From assembly GCA_017934185.1 (NCBI GenBank), contig JAGBJY010000047.1, positions 49,763 to 113,762 of the forward strand: a stretch of DNA of 64,000 bases, written 5' to 3'. The position numbers and the translations under genes are program-made. Positions 1 through 11,100 of the stretch are shown piece after piece. The notes beneath the pieces are model-generated. The model was given only the letters and a program-made list of their open reading frames with translations. It was not told where the DNA came from and searched no databases. Each line of letters opens with the position of its first letter. The stretch's first letter is position 1. Source of the stretch: Bacteroidales bacterium. GTDB lineage: Bacteria > Bacteroidota > Bacteroidia > Bacteroidales > UBA932.

Positions 1-1384
1 CGGGCACCAGTTCGTCCGGAGTGGAGAAGTAGATGACACCGTCCTCGATGGCCACCTCGGCAATAATGCTGCCCTCGGCAGGAGCCGTTTCGGTTCCCTC
101 GGTTTCCCACAGTACTTCCACCTTGGCCACGGTACCCACGCTCTCTTCACTGTTACCCTTCACGGCCTTGAACATGTATTCGCCGGGAGCGGTGACGATG
201 TAGGTATTGGCGCTCTGCTTCTTGCTAAGGTCGGCGGGTCCAACGGGTTCGGGTTCCTTGGGCAGCTGGCCGATGGTGATGGTCTGCAGCACGTCTTCGG
301 TGCCCTTGCGAACGATGTTCACGGTGCCGATACGGCCCTCTTCCGTGGGGTTGTCCTGCAGCTTGAGGGTGATGGTGTACACCTTGGATTTCACGGAGGC
401 AACGCTGATCCATTCATCCTCGGGAACTACGTCAAAGTCTACGTTGGAAAGCACATGGGCTTCCACGGTGGCAGCTTCGGCTTCGGCAATATAGTCGATG
501 GAAAGCAGGCCGTCCTGGAAGGCAGGCTCGTCCAGCACCTCAACGCCTTCGGCCTCAACAACCACATTCACGATGGAAGTCAGGCCCACCTTGGAGTCGG
601 CATAGAGGAGAATCATGCCGCTGGATTTGTCGGTATAGGGCGTTACGACAATCTTTTCTTCGCCAATCTCCACATTGAAGGCCTTGGGGTCATAACTGGC
701 ACCCACAACGGTCTTGGCGGTCTTGGCGGTGACGGTGTAAGGGATTTCGATGGGAGCCACCTCGGTGAAGAGGTACTCCGTCTTGTCAATCTTCAGCTCA
801 AAGGCCTCGGCGAAGGGAATGTTCACCGTGGAGCCGTCGGACAGGGTGAGGACCACCTTGTCTTCCAGCACCTTGATGTCGGTGAAAATGCCGTCCTGGA
901 GGGTGGCGCCTTCGTTCTGCACCTGGCCCAGCTGGGTCTTCTTGCCGTCAATCTCTACCCAGAGCATGCCTTCGTCGTCGATGGAGAACTCAGGGGTCTG
1001 ATACACAGGCACTTCCTTGCCGTCAATCTTGATGGAAACCCCATCCACGGCCCAAACCAGTTCGCCGGCACCGTTGCGGATGACGGAGAACACAGGACCC
1101 TCGGCGGGATTGGTGGGAACAATCTGGAACCACTTCACATCGCCGTTGGTGTAGGTGATGGTAACACCGGTGACGCGGCCGCTGTCAGGGTCGGTATATT
1201 CCTGGACCTTGGCCACAAACACGCCGTCGCCCACAGCGCTCTGAATGCTCTGGATAGAGGTTTCCAGGTCATTCACGCGCGTTTCCAGGGCATCGATCCG
1301 GGCCTTGAGGCCGGAATCGTCGTACTCCTTGGCGCAGCCCATCAGGAGAAGGGCCGCCGCAAAAGCTGTTAAAATCTTTTTCAT
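1..1384 (-). CDS. Surface lipoprotein with DUF4988/PL29-N-like N-terminus, BACON-like domain and start of an 'ANxYxV' C-terminal domain (partial; runs off the window's left edge)
   Basis: Read manually on the minus strand from ATG at 1384: MKKILTAFAAALLLMGC (lipobox), then AKEYDDSGLKARIDALETRV (coiled N-terminus typical of DUF4988), SNVDFDVVPEDEWI (BACON-like) and ANTYIVTAPGEYMFKAVKGN. The frame stays open to position 1. Not in the ORF track because it has no stop in the window. Confidence 0.8.
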   Translation of the reverse strand, partial: MKKILTAFAAALLLMGCAKEYDDSGLKARIDALETRVNDLETSIQSIQSAVGDGVFVAKVQEYTDPDSGRVTGVTITYTNGDVKWFQIVPTNPAEGPVFSVIRNGAGELVWAVDGVSIKIDGKEVPVYQTPEFSIDDEGMLWVEIDGKKTQLGQVQNEGATLQDGIFTDIKVLEDKVVLTLSDGSTVNIPFAEAFELKIDKTEYLFTEVAPIEIPYTVTAKTAKTVVGASYDPKAFNVEIGEEKIVVTPYTDKSSGMILLYADSKVGLTSIVNVVVEAEGVEVLDEPAFQDGLLSIDYIAEAEAATVEAHVLSNVDFDVVPEDEWISVASVKSKVYTITLKLQDNPTEEGRIGTVNIVRKGTEDVLQTITIGQLPKEPEPVGPADLSKKQSANTYIVTAPGEYMFKAVKGNSEESVGTVAKVEVLWETEGTETAPAEGSIIAEVAIEDGVIYFSTPDELVP

Positions 1385-1408
1385 ATCTGTAAGTTATTAG
1401 TTTTCAGG

Positions 1409-3202
1409 TTATTCTTGTACGCAGCGGACCGATGCTGCCTCCATCTTGTAGTAATTGCCGTAGTAGAAACCGCCGCGGTCGTCACGGACAATCTTCAGGC
1501 GGGCACGGGGATTGGAATGCGCCGTGGAGCTCAGGATAATGGCACGCTGGCCGATATAGCTGGGCGTGGTGCTTCCGGTGAGCCAGCCGCAGATGGGCAG
1601 CACAATGTCTCCGCAGGTGTACCAGTTGCCGGCAAAATCGTAGGACCAGCCGTCGTTGTCGTTCTTGAACATGCGGTAGGCCGTATTGTAGGCAGGCACC
1701 TTGTAACCGGCCGGGCAGGGATCGTAGATGGTCTTGGAACCGTCTTCGGCCTCCCAGAGGTAAGGCAGGTCTTCGGTGTTCCAGTTGCCGGCGCTGTCGC
1801 TCTCGGCCACTTTCACATACTGCGTGGGATGGGCGGTGACATAGGCCGTGGACAGCGGACCATCCACCACCTCGAAGGTGGCGCCCACAGAGGCTGCGCC
1901 GCCCGGGAACGGGTCTTTGCGGCCCCACTGGAAGTACATGCCGTAGGTGTCCAGCGTAGGGCTGGCCACGGTGGCCTTGTTGATGGCACCCAGGTTGCGG
2001 TCCATGACAGGAGCGCTGTAGAAAGCGGCGTCATTGATAACGTCCACCTTGGTGGCAGGAATCCAGATGTGCCAGTTCCAGAGAATCTCGCCATCGGCAT
2101 TCTTGAGGGCAATGACGGCATTGCCGGGCACCAGGGTTTCGGGCGTATGGATAATCACGTAATCCTCGGCGTAGGTGGCCGATGTGATGACGCTGCCCTT
2201 CTCGATGGCCTCAGCGCCGTTCCGGGTTTCCCAAAGCACCACGGCCTCGAAAGGTTCGGGCAGGAAATCCAGCGGGTCATTGCCGCGCACAGCCTTGAAC
2301 TTGTAACCGCCGGCGGCCGTAACCATGTAGCAGTTGGCATTGCCCGCCGTATCCAGATCCAGGATATCGGCCGAGAAAGGATTCTCGTAGTGCTGGAGCT
2401 CGGCCGATACGTCGCCGAAGTCCACCACGCTGCCCCGTACCACATCGATGGGGTCGGTGTTCTTGTAAATTTTGGTGTATTCGCCGTCCTGCTTGAGCTT
2501 GATGACGATGCCGGCCGTGAGACTGATGCTCTCCGGCAAGTAGATGAGAATCTGTTTGTCGGTCACAGGGCCGGTCATCTCCAGCAGCGGGGAGCCCACA
2601 TACTGGCTGAACACCTGTTCCTGGTCGGTGAGTTTCACCTGCAGGAATTCATAGCCCAGGGCCTCCTTCTTGGGAGAAGACACCAGGTATTCCTCATAAT
2701 CGGCATCCACGGTGAGGGAAAGCACACCGCAGACGGGCTCAAAGGCAAAGCTGTCGCCGCTGTTGCAGGCGGCATACAGCTGCTCGTTGGTGGTGGAGAA
2801 CTTGCTGTAGAAGAAGCAGTGGTTCAGGTTGTCCACCAGAGAGGCGGGATAGGAGGCGTAGAGGGTGCTGGTGCAGTCCTCGCGCTTGTAGGGATACAGG
2901 CCGGAAACGCTCTTGGTGGCCGATTTTCCGTCGGCGGAGATGTCGGCGGCCTCCAGGGTTACCGTTACCTGGTTCTTGGCATATTCGCCGTGCACCACAA
3001 TCTGGTCGCCGGCCACCCAGCCTTGCTTGACAAAGGCCGGTGCCTCTTCGCCTTCCGGCACGCTCACCTCCGGAAAAACGAAGGTGAGGGTGCGGGTTTC
3101 GGGCTGCGGTGCAGGGTCCACCGGAACTACGGGATCGGGCTTCTGGCCACAGGAAACGGCGGCCAGCGCCAAAACGGAAAGGATAAGGATACTCTTTTTC
3201 AT
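1409..3202 (-). CDS. PUL surface lipoprotein, fimbrillin-like N-terminus with Fib_succ_major-like C-terminal domain
   Basis: Lipobox MKKSILILSVLALAAVSC (start moved to ATG 3202). Motifs ANCYMV, WNWHIW, MDRNLGA, YFQWGRKDPF, YDPCPAGYKVP and SVRCVQE. Confidence 0.8.
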   Translation of the reverse strand: MKKSILILSVLALAAVSCGQKPDPVVPVDPAPQPETRTLTFVFPEVSVPEGEEAPAFVKQGWVAGDQIVVHGEYAKNQVTVTLEAADISADGKSATKSVSGLYPYKREDCTSTLYASYPASLVDNLNHCFFYSKFSTTNEQLYAACNSGDSFAFEPVCGVLSLTVDADYEEYLVSSPKKEALGYEFLQVKLTDQEQVFSQYVGSPLLEMTGPVTDKQILIYLPESISLTAGIVIKLKQDGEYTKIYKNTDPIDVVRGSVVDFGDVSAELQHYENPFSADILDLDTAGNANCYMVTAAGGYKFKAVRGNDPLDFLPEPFEAVVLWETRNGAEAIEKGSVITSATYAEDYVIIHTPETLVPGNAVIALKNADGEILWNWHIWIPATKVDVINDAAFYSAPVMDRNLGAINKATVASPTLDTYGMYFQWGRKDPFPGGAASVGATFEVVDGPLSTAYVTAHPTQYVKVAESDSAGNWNTEDLPYLWEAEDGSKTIYDPCPAGYKVPAYNTAYRMFKNDNDGWSYDFAGNWYTCGDIVLPICGWLTGSTTPSYIGQRAIILSSTAHSNPRARLKIVRDDRGGFYYGNYYKMEAASVRCVQE

Positions 3203-3216
3203 AACCGTATTCTTTT

Positions 3217-4749
3217 TTACTCGTCCCAATTCACAGGTGCAGTGTATTCATACCATTCCAGGACAGCGCTGCTGCCTTCTCCTTCTTCATAGACGCCGAA
3301 GTACATGTTAATCTTGGCGCCCCACGTCACGGTGTAAAGCACCTCGGGAGAAGAGTCAAAGCTGCCGGCTTCCATGCCGTTGACGAGGAAGGTGACATGG
3401 CAGTGCTGGGCACCGCTGGGGTCGAACTTGTAAGTAAGCTCCACGGGCTGGGTGAAGTCCACGTCCGCGTAAGCGTCCACGCTGGGCTTGGCGCTGATGC
3501 CGGAGCCGTCGGCGTTGAAGTCGAAGCTCACCTTGGCGCTGGCGGGCCGCAGGTCGGCCTTGATTTCCACACCGTCGGAGAAGCAGAACCAGTGACGCAC
3601 GCGGGCGCCGGGGCTGATGGAGCTCCAACGGAAGGTGTAGGTGCCGAAGTCCATGCTGCGGTTCCATCGGGACGGGGCCGGGAAGTACACGCCGCCCAGG
3701 TCCTTGTTGTACACAATGCCGGCGGCATTGCTCTGGTCGGCCTTCCAGTTGGCGCCTTCGCTGCCATCGGCCAGGGTGCGCACGGGCACAATCTCATAGG
3801 CCTGCTTGATGGTGATTTCTTTCTCCACCTGGGCGTCGCCCTCGTGCTGAATCACGTTGGTGATGATAATCTGGGCCGAACGCAGCGATGTGCCTTCGTT
3901 CTTGGTCAGGGAGATGGTCACCTTGCCGTTACCGCTGCCGGAAGCGTTCTCCAGGGTGAACCAGGTGTCGCTGTCGGAAGCCTTGCGCACCACCCACCGG
4001 GTGTTGGACACAATGTCCAGTTCACCGCTGAGCTGGTCGAAGCCGGCCCTGAGTTCGGTGGAAGCGGGAACCAGCTGTACACCGTCCTGGGTGAACTGGA
4101 TGTAGGCGGCCGCCTTGTCGTGGCGGTCATACACCGTAGCCTGGGCGTAACGGAGTTCCAGGGGATTCTCCACGGCGGTAAGGGTTACGGAGCCCTCGCC
4201 TTCGCCGGTGGCCCCCTCGGAGATGGAAATCCAGTCGCCGTCGGTTACCTTCACGCTCCATTTCTGGTTGGAAAGGATGTGGACCACATGCTCACCACCG
4301 GCCTTGGCCACTTCCTGGTCCAGGTCTTCTTCGGGGATGGTGAGGAAGGCAATGCCTTTCTGGTGCACGGAGACTTTCTTGGCCATGATGCCGGCGCTCT
4401 CGATGGTGATGATGTCATCACGGTCGTCCAGGTAGATATTGTCATAGTACTGGACGCGGATGAGGGTGGCTTCGGCCTGCCCCACACGCAGAAGGTCCGG
4501 ATCGGACGCCACGCCTTCCTCCTGGGTGATGATGCACCAGTCGGGATGGGCGCTTGTGACCGTCCAGTCTTTGGAAGAGGCCACCAGGATGCTGAACGAC
4601 TTGGCGCCGATGGCATCCAGTTCGTAGCTGCTTTCGCAACGGTAGCGAAGATCTACCGTCTCCAGCGGTCCTTCCTCCTTCTGCTGGCAGCTCCACAGCC
4701 CTGCGGTGAGGGCTGCGGCCACGCAGAATATGTTAATGATTCTTTTCAT
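3217..4749 (-). CDS. BACON-repeat lipoprotein (putative surface glycan-binding protein)
   Basis: Lipobox GLWSC, three BACON-like repeats (S.KDWTV...DWC; SNQKWSV...DWI; SNTRWVV...TWF) and a beta-rich C-terminal domain. Confidence 0.8.
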   Translation of the reverse strand: MKRIINIFCVAAALTAGLWSCQQKEEGPLETVDLRYRCESSYELDAIGAKSFSILVASSKDWTVTSAHPDWCIITQEEGVASDPDLLRVGQAEATLIRVQYYDNIYLDDRDDIITIESAGIMAKKVSVHQKGIAFLTIPEEDLDQEVAKAGGEHVVHILSNQKWSVKVTDGDWISISEGATGEGEGSVTLTAVENPLELRYAQATVYDRHDKAAAYIQFTQDGVQLVPASTELRAGFDQLSGELDIVSNTRWVVRKASDSDTWFTLENASGSGNGKVTISLTKNEGTSLRSAQIIITNVIQHEGDAQVEKEITIKQAYEIVPVRTLADGSEGANWKADQSNAAGIVYNKDLGGVYFPAPSRWNRSMDFGTYTFRWSSISPGARVRHWFCFSDGVEIKADLRPASAKVSFDFNADGSGISAKPSVDAYADVDFTQPVELTYKFDPSGAQHCHVTFLVNGMEAGSFDSSPEVLYTVTWGAKINMYFGVYEEGEGSSAVLEWYEYTAPVNWDE

Positions 4750-4760
4750 GACAGAAGTTA

Positions 4761-6449
4761 TTATTCTTCAACCACTGTGACGTCGCAAGACTTCACTACA
4801 TACCAGGTCTCCGATGCTACCGTATCGCGGACGCCGAAGTAGTAATTACCGCGGGTTGCAGCGTCGGCGGCAAAAGAGGAAGTACTGGTCATCTGGGCCA
4901 GGCTGGAGCCGTTATAGAAGAATTCCAGGTCAATCTGGGCGGGATCCCCCGCATTGGGGCGGAAGTCCATCCGGTATTCCGTAAGGGCATTGAGCATGGC
5001 CTTGTCAATGGAGATGCTCTTGGTGTTGTAAGAGGTGCCGCCGCCATTGGTGCGCAGGCGTTTGTTGCCGCTGAGCATAATCTGAGCCTCGTATTCGCCG
5101 TTGGCGTCGTGGGTATAAAGGCACAGCTGGCCGTTGTCGTCAAAACTTACCTCTCCCATCTTGAGCACAAAGGAGGCATAACGCTGCGTGTCCATGAGTT
5201 TGACGCGCGTTTTCACGTCGCAGTACAGCTTCACGCTGCCGTCGTCCAGAATCTCGTAATGGCCTTCAAAGGCAAAGTTGATGGCCTGGGTGAGTTCCAC
5301 CTCGGCGCGGTTGGCACCGGAAACGATGGCCACCTTGCCGCTCTTGGCCGCAAACTTGTTGTTGAAAGCGGCCACCACCTTGAAGTGGGAGGCGTCCACT
5401 TTCTCCACTGTCCAGCCGTCCACCTCGGTCTCAGGCGCCCAATCCAGGGAGGAGTTCACCTCAATGAGCATTTCTCCGCCTTCGCGGGGCAGCTCGGTGG
5501 AAGCGGGGGCCACAATCTCGAAGCTCAGGCCCTTCTGGCCCACCTCAAATTCCTTGGTGGTGCCGCCGGCCTTCACCGTAACGGTGGCGCTGCGCATGGC
5601 CCCCTCATTGGCGCTGGCCGTAGCCTTGATGGCAATGGCCGATCCGTCGCCGGTGCCTTCCTCCTGGTCGAAGGAGAGCCAGTTCTTGTCGGCGCTGATG
5701 GTCCAGGGGAGGTCGGTGCGAAGTTTGAGCACCTGCTCGCCGCCCTCGGCCGCAAAGCTGTCGGAGAGTTCCGTGAGCTCGAAGGTACCCGTCTGGGCCA
5801 CGTCGAAGCTTTCCTCGTCATCCCCGGCCACTACGGTAACGGTGGCGGTGCGCTCCATGACATCACTGGGCTCGGCCGTTGCGATGATGGTGATGGTGCG
5901 GCCTTCCGGGTCCGGAATACCGCTTTCGCGGTTGAAGGACAGCCAGCTCACGTTGGAACGCACTTCCCAGTCCTGGTTGGTGAGGATGGTGAAGCTGAGC
6001 GGACCGCCGCAGGCGGCGAAGTCCTTGGGCACGGGCGTGATGAAGAGCTTGCCGCTGCGGGCCTGCTTGATGGTGATGGTGTACACCTTATTGATGTTTT
6101 CGCCCTTGACCGTGAGGGTGGCGCTGCGGTCTTCCTCCAAGGTGTTGGGCTCAACGCTTACCACCACGTCGCTGATGAGGGTGGAACTGGCGCTGGAAGA
6201 GGGCGTCACCGTGCACCAGTCGGCGCCGCTTGAGCGGGTGATGGTCCAGGGCGTGTTGGCGCTCACATTGAAAGTGACGGTACCGGGATTCGTAGCCGGA
6301 AGGGTGTAGGAATCCACCGCGTCGCAAACCAGGCGCAGGGAGGCGGCCGCCTTTTCCGGCGTCATTTGCGTGTCAATCTCAAACTGCTGGCAGGAAGCGG
6401 CAGCGAGGATGACCGTCAGGCTTGCAAAGATTTTTACAAATGTTTTCAT
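4761..6449 (-). CDS. BACON-repeat lipoprotein (putative surface glycan-binding protein)
   Basis: Lipobox LAAASC and about four BACON repeats (ANTPWTI...DWC; TNQDWEV...SWL; TDLPWTI...NWL; SSLDW). Immediately downstream of susD. Confidence 0.82.
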   Translation of the reverse strand: MKTFVKIFASLTVILAAASCQQFEIDTQMTPEKAAASLRLVCDAVDSYTLPATNPGTVTFNVSANTPWTITRSSGADWCTVTPSSSASSTLISDVVVSVEPNTLEEDRSATLTVKGENINKVYTITIKQARSGKLFITPVPKDFAACGGPLSFTILTNQDWEVRSNVSWLSFNRESGIPDPEGRTITIIATAEPSDVMERTATVTVVAGDDEESFDVAQTGTFELTELSDSFAAEGGEQVLKLRTDLPWTISADKNWLSFDQEEGTGDGSAIAIKATASANEGAMRSATVTVKAGGTTKEFEVGQKGLSFEIVAPASTELPREGGEMLIEVNSSLDWAPETEVDGWTVEKVDASHFKVVAAFNNKFAAKSGKVAIVSGANRAEVELTQAINFAFEGHYEILDDGSVKLYCDVKTRVKLMDTQRYASFVLKMGEVSFDDNGQLCLYTHDANGEYEAQIMLSGNKRLRTNGGGTSYNTKSISIDKAMLNALTEYRMDFRPNAGDPAQIDLEFFYNGSSLAQMTSTSSFAADAATRGNYYFGVRDTVASETWYVVKSCDVTVVEE

Positions 6450-6476
6450 ATGGCTATTGTTTTTATTCTGGTTAGA

Positions 6477-8153
6477 CTACCACCCGGTATTCTGGGTAAG
6501 GTTGGGATTGGCAAAGACTTCCGCCTGCGGAATGGGATACAGGTTCTGGCGCTGGGCCCAGGTGCGGTTGCGCACCACTTTGCGGCTGTAGGTATAGTTG
6601 GCGCCTTCACGGTGAATCTCCACGCCGTCCACCTGTCCTTGTGTGGCCTGGCCGATGTCCCAGCGGCGCACATCCCAGAAGCGGTGGTCTTCGAAGGCGA
6701 ATTCCACCCGCCACTCGCGGCGCACGGCCTCGCGGAAGGCATCGGCCGTCGTGGCCTGAACGTCCGGCATGCCGGCGTTGGCCCGCACCTGGTTAATGGC
6801 CTCCAGGGCGCTCAGGGTAAGGGTTCCGTCGGTCTGGGTAGGACTCTGGAAGTACTCGTTGGCCGCCTCGGCATAGCTCAGCAGGGCCTCGGCGTAGCGG
6901 TACACAATCCACTGGTGCTTGTAGCTGGCGCTGGCCTCCGGAGCAAAACTGGTTGCCTCCTGGATGTAGCGGCGCAGATAGTAGCCGGTGGGGGTGCCCA
7001 GGTCGCTGCGGGTGGCGGAATAGTCGCGGCCGCCCACATAGGTCTCGATGGTAGAGCCCTTGAAAGCCATGCCGTTGGCCAGGACCGCACGGGCAAAGCG
7101 CGGGTCGCGGCCCTCGTAAGGCTTGGTAAGGTCAAAGGCGGGGTCGGCGGTAACCCACCCGCTTGCACCCAGGGTGATGTCGTAACCGCCCAGGGTCTGG
7201 AAGGCATCCACCAGGTTCTGGGTAGGATAACTTCCGGCAATGGAGGTACGCTGTCCCTCGGTGAAACGCACCGGGAAGTTGTAACGCTCGAAGCTGGAGC
7301 TTTCAGAGCGGAAGATAGCCATAATCACTTCGGGGGAAGCGTAGTTGTTGGCTTTTTCGGCGGGGTCCAGCCGATACTGGTCCAGGTCGATGATGGCCTT
7401 GGCAGCCTCGGCGGCCCTGAGCCATTTGCTGCGGTCGCCCGAAGGGTTGTGCAGCGGAGAAGCGGCATACAGGAGGGCCTTGGCCTTCACCGCCAGGGCG
7501 AAGCCCTTGGTGACGCGGCCAATCTCATTGTCCAGCATACCCACATAGGTGGTGGGCAGGTTCGCGGCACACTCGGTGCATTCGCTCTCGATGAAGCTGA
7601 TTACCTGGTCGAAGGGCGTCTTCTCAATGGCATTGGCCTCCTCGGCGGTGAGCATCCCAAGGGGCATGGCAATGTCGCCATAGCGGCGGGCCAGCTCAAA
7701 GAAGTAGTAGGCACGCAGCACACGGGCTTCGAAAGGATAATACTTCAGGTGTTCCAGCCACATCTGGTATTTGGTGTCGTACTGGTACATGGAGATGTCC
7801 ACGGTTTGCATGGACTCCAGGAATTCGTTCACACTGCGGATTCCCTTGTACAGGTCCCACTTGGTATCCACGGTCTGGAGAGCGCTCCAGTTGCCGTTGG
7901 TGAAACGCTGCACGGAGGCATCCAGGTCGGCGTACTCGGCATCGTCGGAGCCGCAGTCGCGAAGAGCGCTGGACACATCGGCAATGTCTTTATTGGGCAT
8001 GTACCCGTAGATATTGGTAAGCATTCTCTGGATGTTGCTGTAGTTCTTGTACATGTCCTCGCGGCTGTAATCGCTGGAAGACTCGTCAAAATCCAGGAAA
8101 GAACAACTTGCAGCAAGAAGCGCAGCGGATAAAATGCAGAATAACTTTTTCAT
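6477..8153 (-). CDS. susD: SusD/RagB family nutrient-binding lipoprotein (pair 2)
   Basis: Lipobox LLAASC; motifs EARVLRAYYFFEL..RYG, GRDPRF, YRYAEALLSYAEA, REWRVEFAFEDHRFWDVRRW, YPIPQ.E...NPNLTQNTGW. Confidence 0.95.
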   Translation of the reverse strand: MKKLFCILSAALLAASCSFLDFDESSSDYSREDMYKNYSNIQRMLTNIYGYMPNKDIADVSSALRDCGSDDAEYADLDASVQRFTNGNWSALQTVDTKWDLYKGIRSVNEFLESMQTVDISMYQYDTKYQMWLEHLKYYPFEARVLRAYYFFELARRYGDIAMPLGMLTAEEANAIEKTPFDQVISFIESECTECAANLPTTYVGMLDNEIGRVTKGFALAVKAKALLYAASPLHNPSGDRSKWLRAAEAAKAIIDLDQYRLDPAEKANNYASPEVIMAIFRSESSSFERYNFPVRFTEGQRTSIAGSYPTQNLVDAFQTLGGYDITLGASGWVTADPAFDLTKPYEGRDPRFARAVLANGMAFKGSTIETYVGGRDYSATRSDLGTPTGYYLRRYIQEATSFAPEASASYKHQWIVYRYAEALLSYAEAANEYFQSPTQTDGTLTLSALEAINQVRANAGMPDVQATTADAFREAVRREWRVEFAFEDHRFWDVRRWDIGQATQGQVDGVEIHREGANYTYSRKVVRNRTWAQRQNLYPIPQAEVFANPNLTQNTGW

Positions 8154-8168
8154 GGCTTGAGCGCTTTA

Positions 8169-11100
8169 TTATTTGACGATACAAACTGCTACACGGTTGG
8201 ATTCGGGAGAGGCCGATGCATCGCGGTCGGCGCCGGTGGAGGAGGAAAGGATGCGGCTTGCGGCCACGCCTTCGCTCATGAGTTTCCCCGCTACCACGGC
8301 GGCACGGCGCTCCGACAGGCTGCTGTTGATGGCAGGGGTGCCGGTGGCGGTATCGGCATAACCGGTGATGGTAATCTTGGCATCCGGGTTGTCCTTCAGC
8401 AGCTGGCAAATCTTACCCAGCTTGAAGGCCTCGTCCGGGCGGAGCTCCGCCTTGCCGATGACAAAGAACAGGTCGTCCTCGTAGAGGCCCTTGAGGGTCT
8501 TGGCGGGAACTTCCTTCACCACCTCTACGGGCACTTCTTTCACCACTTCCTTCTCTACTTCCACAATCTTCTCCACCACCTGGGGCACGTAAGGCTCCAC
8601 GGCGGGGGCCTTGGCCTTCTTGGCCCGCTTGATAGCCTCTCCGGCGCCGAAGTCCAGTTTCACGCCCGCCCAGATGGTACGCAGGGAAGGATAGTAGGCG
8701 CCCAGCTGCTCGGGGTCGGCAAAATGGATGTTGTCCAGGCTGAAGAGGTTGGTGCCCATCACGTAAACCGTGGCCTCGCAGATGCGCAGCCAGTCCTTGG
8801 GCAGGGTGTAGGAGATACCGGCGTTGCGCAGCTTGATGAAGGAGCCGTCGCGGTACCAAAGGGAGTTGTTGCGGTAGTTATTGTTGTTCTCCTGGGTGGT
8901 GAGGCGCGGCATGGTGGCCACCTCGGCACGGTCAGGAGCCCAGGTGATTTCCCGGTTCAGGAAGGTGTTGGAGATGGTTCCGTTGGAAACCAGCGGCTGG
9001 TACAGCGGACTGTCCAGGAGGTTGATGGTAACGCCCGTCACGCCCTGGAAGTCGGCATAGACCTTGAGGCCCCGCCAGCCGGCGTGCAGGCCGAAGCCGA
9101 ACTGCAGCAGCGGAGTGGAAGAGCCGAACATGCGCACCACATCCTGGCTGTCCACCACGCCGTCCCCGTTCTGGTCACGGTATTTAAGGTCACCGGGACG
9201 CACCTCGCCGAAAGTCTGGCGGGGGCTGTTGTTAATCTCTACCTGGTTCTGGAAAATGCCAATGACCTCCAGGCCGTAGCGCTGTCCCACCCGGTTGCCG
9301 GCATGGTACAGATAGTCGTACTGCTGGAAGGCCTGGCCGTCGTTGATGACCTTGGTGAAGAGCCAGCCTCCGTTGGCATAGGCGCCATATTGGAAGTCGC
9401 CGGCCTTGTCGTCCCAGCTCAGGGCCAGGTCAAAGCCTTTGTAGCTCTGTTCACCCAGGCTCTGTTCGTTCAGGCCGATACCGATGACCTCGGACACGTT
9501 GGAAGGGTCGATGAGGATGTTGGAACGCTTCTCCAGGAAGCCTTCGGCATTCAGGCCCAGGCGGTTGCCGAAGAAACGCATGTCAACACCGGCCGTCACT
9601 TTGGAGGAAAGCTCGGGGGCCAGCGTCACGGCTGCCATGTCCCCTTCCTTTCGGCCGGAATTGCTGCTGTCGGGATTGAAATAATAGCCGTTGCCGCTTA
9701 CGTAGCGCTGACGCCAGAGCTCATGCTCCATGTCGTCGTCGCTGCCGGAAAGGCCGGCCGAGGCATAGGCCTTGATATAAGGGTCTCCGGGCAGGATAAC
9801 CCCGGCAATGCTCACGGCAGGATACACGTGGAAACGCTGTCCCTTGGGCAGATAGGCCGAGCCGGACCAGTTGGCCACCACATCGGCAAAAAGGCGCTCG
9901 TTCCAGTTGTAGCTCACACTGCCCAGGACTTCCTGCGTCTTGGAGGAGTTGTTCTGGCCGCTGAGAATCCAGGAGCGCTGGCGGTAGCCGGCGTGGGCTT
10001 CCAGGTGGTTCTTCCCGAAGTCGCGGGCCCAGTTCAGGCGGCCCTGGAGCTCGAATTTCATCTGGAGGGAAGAGAACCAGTGGCTGAAGTCCACCACCTT
10101 GGAGTTTACGCCGTAGTAGAGCTGCTCGCTCAGGATGTAGCTGCGGTCACCTTCGGTGGCCACGGAGCTCACCAGCTCAGAGTAGCGGTATTCCTTGGTG
10201 GCGTCTTCGGACAGGCGGCCGATGTAGTCAAAGGCCACGTTCACATCGGCCCAGAGGCCGGGAACCAGCATGCCCAGGTCCTGGCGCAGGAGCACGTCGG
10301 CCAGCACCTTGGTCTGGGAATACTGCTTGCTGCCCGTGTCATTGAGCATGGCCACGGGGTTGGATGTGCCGTAAATGGAGCTGCCGCCGTAGGTGCCGTC
10401 CACCTGCTTCACAGGGAAGGCGGCGGCGGGAAGCCCGTACAGCACGCTTTCCAGACGGCCGGAGTAATTGCCCTTGTTGAACTCGGCCAGGCGGGCCATC
10501 ACCCCAATCTTCATGGAGGTGGAGGCAGTGATGTTCACATCCACATTGGCCCTGATACCCAGGCGGTTATCGTAATGGTTGGCGTTGTAGCGGTCGTCGG
10601 TGGTAGCTTTGCGGTAAAGGAAGTCTTCCTTCACGTAGTCCACGGCTGCGAAGTAACGGAAGTTCTTGTTGCCGCCGGTGAAGGTGAACTGGGCGCGATG
10701 GTTGTCACCGTGATTGCGGTACACCTCATTCCACCAGTTCACGTTGGGGTAGGCGTAAGGATACTGTCCGCTGTAAAGGGCCAGGAGTTCACCCTCGCTG
10801 TACTTGGCCGGCAGGCCGTCCAGGGAACGGGCTTCGTTCATGAAGAAGCCGTAGGTGTAGGCATCGGCAAACTCGGGGGCGCGGAAGGCCGTCACATAGC
10901 CATAATGATAGTTGGCGGTCACCTTCAGCGGAGAATCCTGGCCGCGTTTGGTGGTGATCATGATGACGCCGTTGGCGCCTTTCACGCCATACAGCGCTGC
11001 GGCTGCGGCGTCCTTGAGCACCGTAATATTCTCAATTTCAATGCCTGTGAGGTCGTCAACGTTGCGGGGGTAGCCGTCCACCAGCACCAGCGGGCTGTGG

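Noticed and set aside
8505-8590. Short tandem repeats encoding VVKEVP/VVEKIV
   Set aside because: Coding low-complexity linker of the OmpA fusion, not an independent DNA repeat.
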